Position numbers and translations under genes: made by a program. Source: Eukaryota sp. GEM-RC1 (Eukaryota). From it: a stretch of 64,000 nt of DNA. Location of the stretch: the NCBI GenBank assembly GCA_040285855.1, contig JAUFOQ010000005.1, positions 1,116,001 to 1,180,000 of the forward strand. Direction: 5' to 3'. Numbering within the stretch: position 1 is the stretch's first letter; each line of letters opens with the position of its first letter. The notes below the pieces were generated by a model. The model worked only from the letters and a program-made list of their open reading frames with translations. It was not told where the DNA came from and made no database searches. This document shows positions 36,163 to 48,499 of the stretch, piece after piece.

Positions 36163-37656
36163 ATGAATGTCCTCTCCACCCGTTTAAATACTTCCAGCTC
36201 ATCTTTATTAAACACCAAACTTGATGATCCTTTTTATCTTGATGATGTCACTGAAACTTTAGAGATGGACAGTCTTCTTTCCTGGTGTTGCTCACGGATT
36301 CAATTCCTCAATGATATATACACCGAAAAGGATGTAAAGGATTTCCATGTTCCATCCACTGTTTTTGATAGAGCCTCTCATTTCATCTTACAACATGCTG
36401 TTTCTTTTTTAGACAATCCAACTGTGGTTGACATCTACATTGACTCTGAATGCTCTCTCTTCCGTTACCGTATAAGAAATCTTTCTGACAGTGAAAAACT
36501 GATAAAACTGGCTAAGTCAGTTCCTGACCTAGACCTCGTTGAAGTTAACCATTACTTCTCTGAAGATCCTTTATGCCAATACTCCCTTCCCATTGAAAAG
36601 TGTGATTTTACAAACTGTACTGTTTACCAAGGACGTGCTTATCTCACGAAAAGCCAATTGTTAACTACTCTAGTCTCTGTATTTCGACTTCGATTAAGGA
36701 ATTTCATAACTGCCCTCCGAGCTCAACATCAAACAGGGTTCTACGCTGATGTTGTTTCTGAACAGATTTCCTCTCTAGCAAAACTTCTTGCGGACTATTA
36801 CATCCGTGTTATTGAAACTACCTCATTCACCACTTCCTCCTCATCCAGTTATAAATCCTCTGTTACTGACATTGAAGATCTTCACCGTAAAGGAGGTCTG
36901 CCTCTCTGCATGGACGTCATGATGAGTCAGCTGTTAAAAACTGGACATCTACGTCATGACGGTCGGCTCTCCCTGGGTTTAAGCTTGAAAGGTTGTGGTT
37001 TCGGATTGGAAGATTCTCTGCAGTTTTGGAGGGCGGCGATGAGCAAAAAGTTCTCATCTGCTGACTTTGAAAAGAAATATGCTTACAACATTAAACATCA
37101 CTATGGTACTGTTGGAGGAGGAAAACAATACGGCCCACCTTCATGTCTTAAACTATTGGACGCGACACCAAGACCTGATTATCAGAACACCTTCCACGGA
37201 TGTCCTTGGCGCTTCATGAGCCAACCCTTGCTTCTACGGACGCTAAGAAACCGAGGACTTTCTGAACAAGCAGTTCAGAAGCTCGCAAAGCAGGCAAGTA
37301 TAGATCACTTCCAGCCTGCATGCAGGGACTACGCTATAGAGAAGTTTGGAGTTGATAAGAGTCAGTTTCATTTTGAAGGTCCTCATCAATATGCGATGGC
37401 CATTAAAAACGAAGCTCAATCAAACCCATCATCACAGAATGAATTTGATCATCTAATTGGATTTGATAGCACTCCAATGGAAACTGATGAACCTCAAAGT
37501 ACTCCTTTTAAACTTCCTAAATCAAAGCCTTGCTTACCATTGTCACCTCCACTTCCTTCCTTGAAGAGTCCTGGTAAGAAACTGTTATCGCCAGGAATAG
37601 GATCTCCTGTTTCAAAGCTACCTAGATTAAAAAAGTCCATTAAAGTCTCCAGTTAA
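36163..37656 (+). CDS. PRIM2: DNA primase large subunit
   Basis: DRASHFIL, PLCM, HLRHDGRLSLGLSLKGCG, FEKKYAYNIKHHYG, HGCPWR Fe-S domain. Confidence 0.92.
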   Translation: MNVLSTRLNTSSSSLLNTKLDDPFYLDDVTETLEMDSLLSWCCSRIQFLNDIYTEKDVKDFHVPSTVFDRASHFILQHAVSFLDNPTVVDIYIDSECSLFRYRIRNLSDSEKLIKLAKSVPDLDLVEVNHYFSEDPLCQYSLPIEKCDFTNCTVYQGRAYLTKSQLLTTLVSVFRLRLRNFITALRAQHQTGFYADVVSEQISSLAKLLADYYIRVIETTSFTTSSSSSYKSSVTDIEDLHRKGGLPLCMDVMMSQLLKTGHLRHDGRLSLGLSLKGCGFGLEDSLQFWRAAMSKKFSSADFEKKYAYNIKHHYGTVGGGKQYGPPSCLKLLDATPRPDYQNTFHGCPWRFMSQPLLLRTLRNRGLSEQAVQKLAKQASIDHFQPACRDYAIEKFGVDKSQFHFEGPHQYAMAIKNEAQSNPSSQNEFDHLIGFDSTPMETDEPQSTPFKLPKSKPCLPLSPPLPSLKSPGKKLLSPGIGSPVSKLPRLKKSIKVSS

Positions 37657-38320
37657 GTTGCCAAAGCGTAAAATTAAGTTAGATAAAGATGCATTGTGAA
37701 TGGTGTGTTTTAAATGCAAGTATTATCTAGATTTCTTGTAAATAATCTGGATTCGTCTTGTATCATACCGTTGTCAGCGGAAAGTTATAAATTTATAATT
37801 ATCCTATTGTTTCCAGATTGTCAACTAAAGAAAAACTATTGGAGTCTAAAGAATTGATTCTTAATCAACTGCTTGTCCACGACCCTCATACTTGTAATGC
37901 AACTTAATGTCCAACTCTCTAGGATTATGGGCATTAGGATACAACTCAACAGTACCAGTGATTTATTCCCCTCCATAAATGACTACATCTTGATCCAAAT
38001 AGAATACTGTCTGAAATTAGGCAACTACAACTAACACACCTGTTTCCTATGGGTGGGAGGGCAATCAGGGCCAGTACTGAACCACAGTGAATGGCCATGG
38101 GTAAAACCAACATCAAAATGCACAACTAATGCATGAACAACATCGTCACGTTGCGCTGTTATAGTAAAAGGAGAGCCGAAACGTCCACTCTCTTCAATTA
38201 TGTCCTATTCCAAGTACTTTTTAAACTTGTCTACTGTAGTTTGTACTTCTAAAAACGCCTTTTATTTACTATTACAAATACAAACTATCATCAATATTAA
38301 CAAATGAGATACAAATACCT

Positions 38321-38670
38321 CTACATCATCTCAAATTCATGTCTCAATGCAAAGAGACGGTTCAAAATCGAATCAAAATACCTAAACAATGCTTTGAAAA
38401 GGGAAAACGACAACCTTCCTCTCCAGTAACTTTCATTAAAATTCTTTCCATCCTGCTTAAAAGATATTAAATGGTCTACTTCTACTCTTGAACTACCACG
38501 ATACAATTTGTCCAGAGTACGATTCAAATACTTTGGAACTTCTATACAAAGAAAACACAATACGATTGCGCCAAAGAGTCTGATTAAATTTTTTTCATTT
38601 GATGAGGACACAATTTTGAAAAGGCAACAAAGAAATGTTCAGCAACACTTCCAATGTTACCATGTGTTCT
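38321..38670 (-). mobile_element. Two adjacent 3'-terminal remnants of a probable non-LTR retrotransposon
   Basis: Related peptides FNQTLWRNRIVFSLY and [16 protein letters not shown]; about 200 bp recur at 59362-59570. Confidence 0.4.
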
Positions 38671-38948
38671 ATGCCAACCAATCCAACGACTATATCCGGC
38701 CATATGAAACGGATTGTGAATTCATCGTTAGTGCCTGATAGAAAATGTACTAATGAAATATTTTGTTTTTATTTGGCTTTTATTTTGTTTTAATTATATA
38801 TTTTTCACATTTATTTTTGGCACTTTTGATGTTCAAATTATTTTAAATTATCTTATGAGATGACATGGAGGTACATCCGTCACTAAGCTTTGCCATTTAT
38901 AACTGATAATATACTGTATTTATATACATTTTAAGTTTATCTTTGCAA

Positions 38949-39462
38949 TCACGGAACTTTCCGGAAATTCTGCCCCAATATCACGGTTTTCCTTATACCG
39001 GATTCTTCATCAGACGGAGACAATTCGCCTCGGAAATCTTGAATGGGTTCCTCTTCATCGTCGTAAACATCATCCATGAATTGCATGGTGTACTTTCTGT
39101 TCGCAATATCAGAAGTTCGGGTTGTCACTGACTCGGGAAGTTCTTTCATCTGTTTGAGCGTCTGTATTTCATCTTCTGTGTATTTGTGGAATATATCCGC
39201 TTTGTTATCCTCGTAATCTCTCAGAGAAATGAGAACAACGTCAGTGACGCGAATGAAGGAGCGTTTCCGTAGTTTGCCACGTATGTGACACAACATGCGT
39301 TTGTTGTCAATACAGAGAGCTTCCACCGTACTGTTGCCCAGCAGCTTTAAGACTTGAGCGTACTCTTGACCAGGTTCTTTCAGAAGTAGTTCACGCTCTT
39401 CTGTATCTTCGGTTTTACTGCGGCGACGTTGCTTTCCTCCCTCGTCTTTTTGATCCAGGCAT
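38949..39462 (-). CDS. EIF1A: Translation initiation factor eIF1A
   Basis: GGKQRRR, RELLLKEPGQEYAQVLKLLGN, LCHIRGKLRK, SLRDYEDNKAD; extra G near 39440 hides ATG 39462. Confidence 0.9.
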
Positions 39463-40286
39463 TGAAAATTTTTAATTCTAAAAATTCTCGTTCAGTAATT
39501 CTGCATCCCAGTGGATTTACATTTTTCATACTTCTTAGCCTTGCGCATTATCTATGGTGTTCATACAACATGAAGAGGTTTTTGATGAGCTGAACAACTT
39601 ATTTAGACTCAATTTTTGCCAGAAGTATTTTTTCTGGCGTGGTTCTTGATTCCTTCTTCTTAAAGACTTTATCTATGTCACGGTTTGTGGTGATTATACA
39701 GTAGGTTATCTATCCGACCGTCAGAAAGACAATGATTTTTGAAAATGATTATCTGTTATAATTAGCCCGTCATGATTACAAAATGCCACAACAACACTCA
39801 ATTTTCATTAAGTTTAATGGTTTGGAGCTAACCTTTTGGTTTAAGCTACTTGTAGTTGTTGCCTTTAACGGCATTTGTTTACCCTATTAATGTGATACGG
39901 TAAAAAGACACCGTTTGTTTACCGTAGTGCTGATACTAGTAAGTGATACAAAAGCGGTCGAAACACAATCTTTTTGTTTGGTGATGTTGTAATTCTTTTA
40001 ATTATTTGGAGTCACTCGTAAAGTACACAGAATCAATGAACCGGTATTTATTCAGGAATATTATTTCTATAGATCAAAACAAGATTGTCTTATCTCAACA
40101 TGTCTCTAGATCTAAGAAGTGGAAATTAAACGTATGCTATTACACTAGGTCGTCTTCTAACCTTACTGTCTGACAGTAAACTTCTAGTCTAGATTTGGTT
40201 AAGATTGTACCTATTTGAAAATGTACATTTTAGTGAATACAGTTTGTGTAATCTGACAGTGGTAAATTCAAATACTTTCCGTCTGG

Positions 40287-42144
40287 ATGTCTTCCAAACC
40301 ACTGCTCCTTGAATATGTCCCCAAACTTGACTCAAAGTATCTCACAGGTGGAGTTCTCTACATCTCTTCGGATGGATCCGTGTATTTTATCCCCTTGGAA
40401 GACATTGACAATTCTTGCACTGATGTACGTCAACTCAGCAACTTCACAGTTTGCTCCTTTCCTATCGAACTTCAATCATCTTATTTATTAGAAACACTTC
40501 AATTCTCAATCACTGGTCCTATACGGGTTCAATTTTCCCATAAGTACAGACTTCTTCTTGTTATGGGAGTAGATGTTCATAATTGTCCTGGTTTCACGGT
40601 CTATTTTCTTTCATCAGCACCATCTCTTCTGAAACTTTTCCAAGATTCCCTCTTCCCATACACAGACATCTCCCTTGCACAATCCCACCCTGGCATAGCC
40701 TACATCCTCAACTCTTCCCCTTTCCTTCTACACTTTCTCCATCTCCCTCCCTACTTCTCAGATTCCCCTGTCTTACACAAACCCGTAGGTCCTCTCCTAG
40801 TAGCAGGTCCTTGCGCAGGATCTCTTGGCCACGTTGTTAGAATGACCAGAGTCACGTGCCTTGGTGACTCTTATTGGCAGTTCATCACGTGGAATGACGA
40901 GTGCTGGGGTGAGTTTCAACTGTGGTCATTTGATTGTCTTGATCCTAATCACAAGCCAATCGACGACTCCCATCACGTGTCCTGGTCCACGCAATCACTC
41001 TTTCTATATCTACCCTTCATGTCGTTTCCGCTTCCCGCCCAAACTCATATTGAAAATTTATCAAAACCTGAACCTTTGGATGAAGACTTTTCCCGAATCT
41101 ACATTAATGAAATAGTTGGATGTCCTAATTCTGATCTTGTTGCTTTTCTCGTTCGTAGAGATACAATGAGAGCTAAGAGCGGATCTTTTCAGGAGTTTGT
41201 TTAGCTAGGTTAGTTGATGTAGTTGAAGGTGTTTGTACTGGGTGTTTTCATCGATTTAATAGTGATCAAATGGAATATTATAATGAAATTTCAAATTTTA
41301 AGTGGGGTATGCCGTTTTTATTGGGTAATTCTGTTAGTTTTGGTGTGGTCCTACCCAAAATTTCTAGAATATTTGAATTTTTCTTTAATCCGGAAGATCC
41401 ATGTTTTGGGTCATTCCACTACTCAAATCCCGAGTTCAATCAAGACCTCATAGCCTACACCCAAATAGGAAGGTATCGACGTGTCACAGTCAGTGTACAA
41501 GGAACAGTTTCCTTAATCATCGCCGTCCCTCCAAGTTGTTCCTTTGATATGACAGTCTTTGAGGATATTCTGTCAGTGATGGACTTCTCCACTGGAGTCG
41601 TTGATACTGACTCTAGAAACTTCAGAGCTCTCGCTGGGTATTCAGTGTACACTCAAAGTGATGGACATGTTAAGTTACTTGAGAGGTGTAAGAGAAAAGA
41701 TCTGGTACCAGGTGGAAACTCTTTTCTAAAGGAAAATGTGAGGTTTTAACTGGATTGTTACTACAGAGTTGTAATTGGTGTAGGTGCTTTCTAGCTAGAC
41801 CTTTAGTTTGTACGAGGTGTTATAGCGCTGTTTATTGTTCTCATGACTGTCAGGATCGAAGCAAGAAGCTACACACACCGACGTGTCAAGAGATTTGTAA
41901 GAAAAGAGCAGCATATGTGAAGAAGAAGAATTCCAAAGACCAATCACGTGAGCTGTCGCGTGATGAGCAGACGATGATTATTGATTATTTGACGAGTACT
42001 GAGGATCATGGCGACGTTATAGGGCTCATTAGTAAGTATCATAATACGGAAACGGAAGTTGAGATTGATTTAGATCAGTTAGTACCAGAATGTCTAATGG
42101 AAATACTGGAATTTATCAAAAACAGAATAAAACCAAAATTTTAA
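40287..42144 (+). CDS. Protein with C-terminal MYND zinc finger and ET-like domain (three ORFs, probably one gene)
   Basis: CNWC...CTRCYSAVYCSHDCQ...HTPTC; EVEIDLDQL...LMEILEFI; single-base shifts near 41200 and 41735. Confidence 0.6.
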
Positions 42145-42221
42145 AATTCAAATGAAACAGACTAATATACTATTTTGACAAGATACAAACACAATATAGA
42201 TTCTACAAATACAAAACATAA

Positions 42222-42905
42222 CTACCCAAAGACAAACTCTGAAACTTTTGTGAAAAAACCAGACTTCTTACGAGGTCTGAGAAACAACTTCTCGGGTTCG
42301 CCCACCATTAGACTTTGCGCAGGATGCTGCTGCCTAACACTAGCTTGTGACACATCCATGACTCCAGACAGTGGAAGATCTTCTGCAGGGACAACTCCTA
42401 GAAGATATCCAGGAGCAAAGGAAGTACCGTTGAGGGAAAGAGCAGATGTGGCTTGAATAGGATCACCGTACTTCACGTGGATGGAATTCCCTGCACTAGA
42501 AGAACGCTGGATGATGGTTCCAACTCTCGAGAGGTAAGAGAGAACATCAGAGGTTTGACGAGGTTCAAACCCAAATACAGTTACCCAGCTTTGTTGATCA
42601 CGCGAAGGTGAGGCAGGGCGAAAAGAGAAGTCAGGTTGGTAATCGTGACGTATTGAAGGTGATGGTTGTGGAAGAGCAGCATCGAATCCAAATGCAGGAG
42701 GTGCATCAACAATAGATCGAGTAGGAGGAATGTCCTCCAAATCAGTGATATCAGGGATATGAGTAAATAAGGGCCCAGCTGGTTGAGGACGAGGTGTTGA
42801 TTTGGGAGGAGTACGTTGGATATGTGGTAGGATTTGCGGCCTTAGAGCTCTGGCTGGAGTTCTTGATCCAACAGTACGTGGAGTGGCCGACAATGGGGAG
42901 TTCAT
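42222..42905 (-). CDS. NUP35: Nucleoporin Nup35/Nup53
   Basis: WVTVFGF RRM, GNSIHVKY..QATSALSLNG, C-terminal amphipathic FFTKVSEFVFG. Confidence 0.88.
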   Translation of the reverse strand: MNSPLSATPRTVGSRTPARALRPQILPHIQRTPPKSTPRPQPAGPLFTHIPDITDLEDIPPTRSIVDAPPAFGFDAALPQPSPSIRHDYQPDFSFRPASPSRDQQSWVTVFGFEPRQTSDVLSYLSRVGTIIQRSSSAGNSIHVKYGDPIQATSALSLNGTSFAPGYLLGVVPAEDLPLSGVMDVSQASVRQQHPAQSLMVGEPEKLFLRPRKKSGFFTKVSEFVFG

Positions 42906-43367
42906 TGATTGAGAATTTTAACAAGCAAAAATGAAATAGTTCAGCGAACGTTAAAGCGTCTAGGTGTATGTTGACAACTACAATCTAGAATGTACTGTCG
43001 GTAGATCTTACAGTTATGTTTATTCCATACTGCCTACGATGTAAGAAACCGTTTCTGTATTTACTCATGAAGAGATGATTGATCAAATAAGACACTGGTT
43101 TTTCTCAGTCTCACTCAGTAATTGTTTTCTAAATTGATCAGCGAACTACAAGCATGACACAAATATACATATAAACATCTACTAGTATATTTAATCAATT
43201 CTTCACAAATCTTCAACCATAGATATAATGAATTATTCACATCCTTGCAGTATTCACACCAATTTCACGTTCAATACTGTCAGAGATTCAAATCCAACAG
43301 TCTTAATACAGAACGGTAAAAGTACTATCTTTTTGGTACAAGTAAAAGATCGACAAACACACTTTTA

Positions 43368-45020
43368 TCAACACATCAATGCTTCAACAACATTATCGGT
43401 ATTAAAACTCCTCAAATCTACATAATTCTGACCTACCCCAATAAAAACTATAGGCTTTCCAGAAACAAACGTAGTACTCAAAGCAGATCCTACTTTCGTA
43501 TCAACCGTATCAAACTTAGTCAAAAGAATCCCATCAACTCCTTGCCCATTCCTTTGTCCAGTAACCCTCTTCTTTAAAGCTTCGTCAAACTTCTGCAGTT
43601 GGTCAACTCCATCATTGCCAACGAGGCATTCTCCTACGAATAGGACTAGGTTAGGGTTATTTTTGGAGCAGAGTTCTGCTAGAGATTGCATAAGGGGTTC
43701 GTTGTCTTGCATTCTGCCAGCAGTGTCAATCAAAACGCAATCAAATTCGTGTCTCTTTCCATATTCGAGAGCAGCACGTGCTACGGCAGCTGGTGACGTG
43801 CCATAATCACGTGAGAATAGCTCAATATTCAATCGTTCTGAGTGAACACGTAGCTGTTCTACTGCACCTGATCTAAAGGTATCACAAGCAGCAATCAGAA
43901 CCTTAACATCGTGTTGTTTGAGGTAAAATGCTACCTTTGCCAAGTTGGTGGATTTACCAACACCATTTACTCCACAAAAAACAATGGAATAAGGGGTTTG
44001 ACCTTGTGATTTTGCCTGTATGACGTTTGAGAGTACGTTTACAGGAGCTGATGGCGTTAGAATCTGAGCAATAACATCTCTTAGAGCAGATTTAACCATT
44101 GCTTGGAAGCCACCCAATGGAGCAGTCTTCCCTATCAAATTTGATTGAACAGAGTCAATCACTTGATTGGTGACTTCTAAAGCGACATTCTTCTCAATCA
44201 ACAACTCTCTAAATTTAGCCAAAAACTTCTGCAAGTTCTCCACAGTAATCTCCTTACCAGAAAGACCAGAGAATACTCCCCAAACAGACTTTCGTTCAGG
44301 ATTGGCTGAGACAAAGGTGAGATTAGCGTTGATATCAATGGTTTGGAGTTGATTGGCAGAAGAAGAAGGTGTTGACGATTCAGATTTAACAGAGAAGTCA
44401 AGAGCATCGGTATCGTGATCAACTTCGCCGATCTTCTTTCTCAACTTCTTTCCTTTCTTACTGTTCTTCTTACTCTTCTTGGGAGTAGAAGGGGGCTCAA
44501 GAGAGGAGGGAGTCGAAGGAGGAGAGGGAGGGGAAGGAACGTCATCAGAAGGAGGATTATCAGAAGAGCTCTCTCTGTCCTTTTCTCTTACTGAGAAAGT
44601 GTCCTCTGTTTGGAAAGGAGCTGTTTCCTTTGGTTTTGTTAGCTTGGGAGGTGTTTGGAACTTGGAAACGATGGACGAATATCGTTCATCGAAATAAACA
44701 GGATTTGAGAGAAATGAGGGTAAGTCTTCAACAATTTGGGCTTTAAAGAGAGTAAGAAACTCATTGCAGATAGTGCTAAGCAATTCGTCAGAGTAGACGA
44801 GTGTAACTATGGACTGACAAACAGCAACCAAGACCAAGTCAGGGTTTATTGTACGTTTCCAATAGAGAGAGTAATTGCCAGAGAACAAAGGGTTAGTTTC
44901 TTTCTTTTCGAGAAGAACTGATTGGATGAGAGTATTGACGGGATTGTTTTTGACAGAAAAATGCTGAAAACGCCATAGAATAGCTCCACCAATGTGGAAG
45001 ATGATGAATTGGTCAATCAT
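43368..45020 (-). CDS. SRPRA: Signal recognition particle receptor alpha
   Basis: Longin N-terminus; GVNGVGKSTNLAK, DTFRSGAVEQL, DTAGRMQD, TKFD. Confidence 0.95.
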   Translation of the reverse strand: MIDQFIIFHIGGAILWRFQHFSVKNNPVNTLIQSVLLEKKETNPLFSGNYSLYWKRTINPDLVLVAVCQSIVTLVYSDELLSTICNEFLTLFKAQIVEDLPSFLSNPVYFDERYSSIVSKFQTPPKLTKPKETAPFQTEDTFSVREKDRESSSDNPPSDDVPSPPSPPSTPSSLEPPSTPKKSKKNSKKGKKLRKKIGEVDHDTDALDFSVKSESSTPSSSANQLQTIDINANLTFVSANPERKSVWGVFSGLSGKEITVENLQKFLAKFRELLIEKNVALEVTNQVIDSVQSNLIGKTAPLGGFQAMVKSALRDVIAQILTPSAPVNVLSNVIQAKSQGQTPYSIVFCGVNGVGKSTNLAKVAFYLKQHDVKVLIAACDTFRSGAVEQLRVHSERLNIELFSRDYGTSPAAVARAALEYGKRHEFDCVLIDTAGRMQDNEPLMQSLAELCSKNNPNLVLFVGECLVGNDGVDQLQKFDEALKKRVTGQRNGQGVDGILLTKFDTVDTKVGSALSTTFVSGKPIVFIGVGQNYVDLRSFNTDNVVEALMC

Positions 45021-45354
45021 GTGTTTTTGGAAATGGTTGAAGAAATGTTAGACAGATTTTGTTATTTCAATTTATCTCATTGAGTTAGATTTCTTTAGTA
45101 AAGACAGTGCAACGAGCATCATGGGAAGATTACAGGATATGGATCATGTCTCTTTGATGTTTACGATTTCTTCGGTTTTTCACATTTAGCTATGGCTTGG
45201 AAACCAGGTGTGCAGCATGTATTAGTAGAGCATGTCGTTCTGTAACAGCTCTTACAGTAATTAATTTTATACGGTACATTATGTTAAAGATTGACCGCGA
45301 TAAAAACACGCGGACGTGTTTCCAATTCTTCCTACTCAACTGTCTTTTAACTCG

Positions 45355-47940
45355 ATGGACTCCACAATCTCTGAACTTTGTCGTATTGTGGAACGTGGAG
45401 ATGTTGATGCTCTTAGAAATATGCTGCAAAGTGATGACGCAGATATAAACAAAAACTTTAAGGTTGTCATACGTCTCCGACCGCCGCTAGAACGTGAACT
45501 CGCTGGCTCTAACGGTCAGAGCTATCGTCCTGTAGTTAAAGTCGATAGATACCACCGAATGATCACCATCTCAGAAAACCTCTCTGGAGACTCCGAAACT
45601 GGTAGTCCCTCTGGTATCTACTCTACCCACACTTTCACTTTTGATCATGTCTATGATCAAGACGCATCTCAATCTCATGTCTATGAAACAACTGCCAAAA
45701 CTGCTGTTCTCTCCACTATTCTCGGCTACAACGCCTCCATTATTGCTTATGGCCAAACAGGAACTGGAAAGACCTTCACAATGGAAGGAACCGGGGAACA
45801 AACCCGTGGTATCATTCCAAGATCTATCCAAGAAATCTTCTCCTTTATCAAGAACTGTAAGGCCAACAACATGAAGTTTCTCATCCGTGCTTCATACCTC
45901 CAAATCTACAATGAAGTAATCTCAGATCTGCTCTCCCCTGACAAGTCTAATCTCGCTATTAGAGAAGATAGAAAGAAAGGAGTTTACGTTGAAGGGCTTT
46001 CTGAATGGGTTGTCAGAACTCCAGCTGAGATCTATGGTTTAATGGAGAAGGGAAGTCATTTTAGAGCTACTGCAAGCACGCGAATGAATGAAGTTTCATC
46101 TAGGTCTCATGCTATCTTTATGATTATTGTTGAGCAGTTGGAAGAGATATCTGATGGGACTGCTGACGTGACACGTAGTCCTACCCAGGCCGAACAGTTT
46201 TTCAGAATAGGAAAGTTAAATCTGGTTGATTTGGCTGGATCTGAACGAGTCAGGCTAACTAGAGCGACTGGTAGACGTCTAGACGAAAGTAAAAGATTAA
46301 TCAATCACTTTCCGCTTTGGGTAACGTGATTGCCGCTCTTACTGAGTCAAAAGGTCGTTCTCATATCCCCTACAGAGACTCCAAGCTCACCAGAGTTCTG
46401 GAAGATTCCCTGGGTGGTAACTGTAGAACTGTCATGATGGCTATGATTTCCCCAGCGCTGGAATCGTTTAATGAGTCGTTAAGTACTTTGAAGTTTGCCA
46501 ATAGAGCAAAGAATATTAAGAATGAAGCCTCTATTAATGAAGATCTTGATCAGAAGGCGTTGTTAAGGAAGTACGAACGTGAATTGGCTAAGTTGCGATC
46601 TCAATTACAACAGAAGAGTCAGAACGTCGTGGATAAGAGGAAGTTGTTGGAACTTGAGGAGCAGAAACGTAGAGCAGAAGAGGACAAGCTAGCCGCTTTA
46701 GTTGCTCTTGAGTCTAGATCAAAGGAGTTTCTATTGGAGAAGCAAGAGAAGAAGAAGTTGGAAGAAAAGATCACCACCATGCAATCTCAACTACTTGGTC
46801 ATGGATCTAGTGGTGAACGGAAACTCACGGCTATTTCCACCTCTCATAACGACTCTCAGAACTTACAGAGATTCTATGAATCAAAACTTGCTGAATTAGA
46901 TCGTGAGAGACAATCGCTCCAAGCTGATAAGGATCAGATTGAGCAGTATAAGCAACTGCTCTTAAAGCAACGTGATATTATGATTGCTCTAACCGCCAGA
47001 CTCAATGAACGCGATGAGACTATAATGCTGTTAGAGGAAGAGCTTGAACTGTATCAAGGTAAACATATGGAATTGGAGGAGCAGTTGGATGAGAAGATGT
47101 TAGACGTGATTACTACTCAAAAGATGCTTGCGGAGTTGAAGGGTCAGTCAGGAGGTGATGTTTATGCTACTTTGTTAACTGAAAATGAATCATTGAAGGC
47201 TGAGAATTCAAATTTAAATACTTTACTGCAAACACGTGTTGAGGAATTAGTTAAAACTGAGGTGCAAGAAAAGGCTGATCAACTGAAGTCCACAGTGAAT
47301 GAGTATGAGAAATTGGTGGGGTCTTTAAAGAACAAAATTAAATTTTATGAAAATTTCGCTGATCGTCAATCAGGTGATATTGATACCAAAACCCTGCAAA
47401 ACTTCGACCAACTTAAACGATACGCGGAATCATTTGGTGCTCAGCATAGTGCCACTCAACCACGTCCTTCTCTAGTGACTTCCCCAACCCCACCGCCAGA
47501 GTTCGGTTCACAGCAACTGCAGAAATTCACCAAGGAACGAGAAGCTTTAAAAACAATATTGGAAATGAAGATCCGTGTACTAGTAGATAATGTTGCTCTC
47601 TGTCTATCGTCAAATGATATTAATCAAGCGAGATCTTACATTGATGTTCTTAAGAAGTTCGTCAATGCGGCAGTAATTGCTCTTCAAACCTCTGATTCTA
47701 AAACTGCCCCTTCCAGTACACAGAACTTGAGACCAGTTGCTCCTGAGACTCCAAGGAAAATTGAAGAAAAAAAGCAATGTGGAGGATATATTCCCTAGAA
47801 AGAGGACTGTTTCTCCAATATCTTTAAAGAAGCCGTCTGGAGCGGGATTAAAGTACGGAGTAGGGAATCAGCAAAAACTGGTGGAAAATTTAATTAAGCA
47901 GCGAAAAGAAGAGTTATTGAAAGAGCATTATCGATCTTAA
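45355..47940 (+). CDS. Kinesin-like protein (N-terminal motor, coiled-coil stalk)
   Basis: [32 protein letters not shown]; 1-nt indels at A-runs ~46292 and ~47770. Confidence 0.92.
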
Positions 47941-48499
47941 ATATTCTAATTATTCAAAATTTGTTGCTTGTTACAATGATTGTATATTTGTTTTTGTAGT
48001 GTTATGTTGTCCTATATTCTGCATTATTTCCATTTTCTTGTTTCTATTATATATGTACTTTGTTACTACGCAATTTCTTAACTTCCTCCCATCAAACACT
48101 GCATCTAAATGTTCATGACGTTGATATTCATAACCAGGTAGTTATACTCTGATCCAAACAGCTAGTCGGAAGAAGAAGGTCAAACCAGCATATTATGCAG
48201 GTAGATTCTCATTTGATAATCAGTCAGTGTCAATTTTCAAGTATTTCAAATAATGCGGGCATACATTCAATCAGTTGAAAACAGCTAGTTAATGATCTTC
48301 AAAGTATTGAAACAGGACTATTGTTTTATGAATGATTTTGAAGGAGAAAGTCGTTTCCCATCATTAAGCAAATATTTTAACAGTTATATAATTAGATGAT
48401 TATTGAACTCCTTTCAAATGACTTTTTGAGTTTTTATTATTGAAAAATAGAAAAATACTTCAAAAAGTCCACCATTTATACTTATAAACAAGAGAACAC

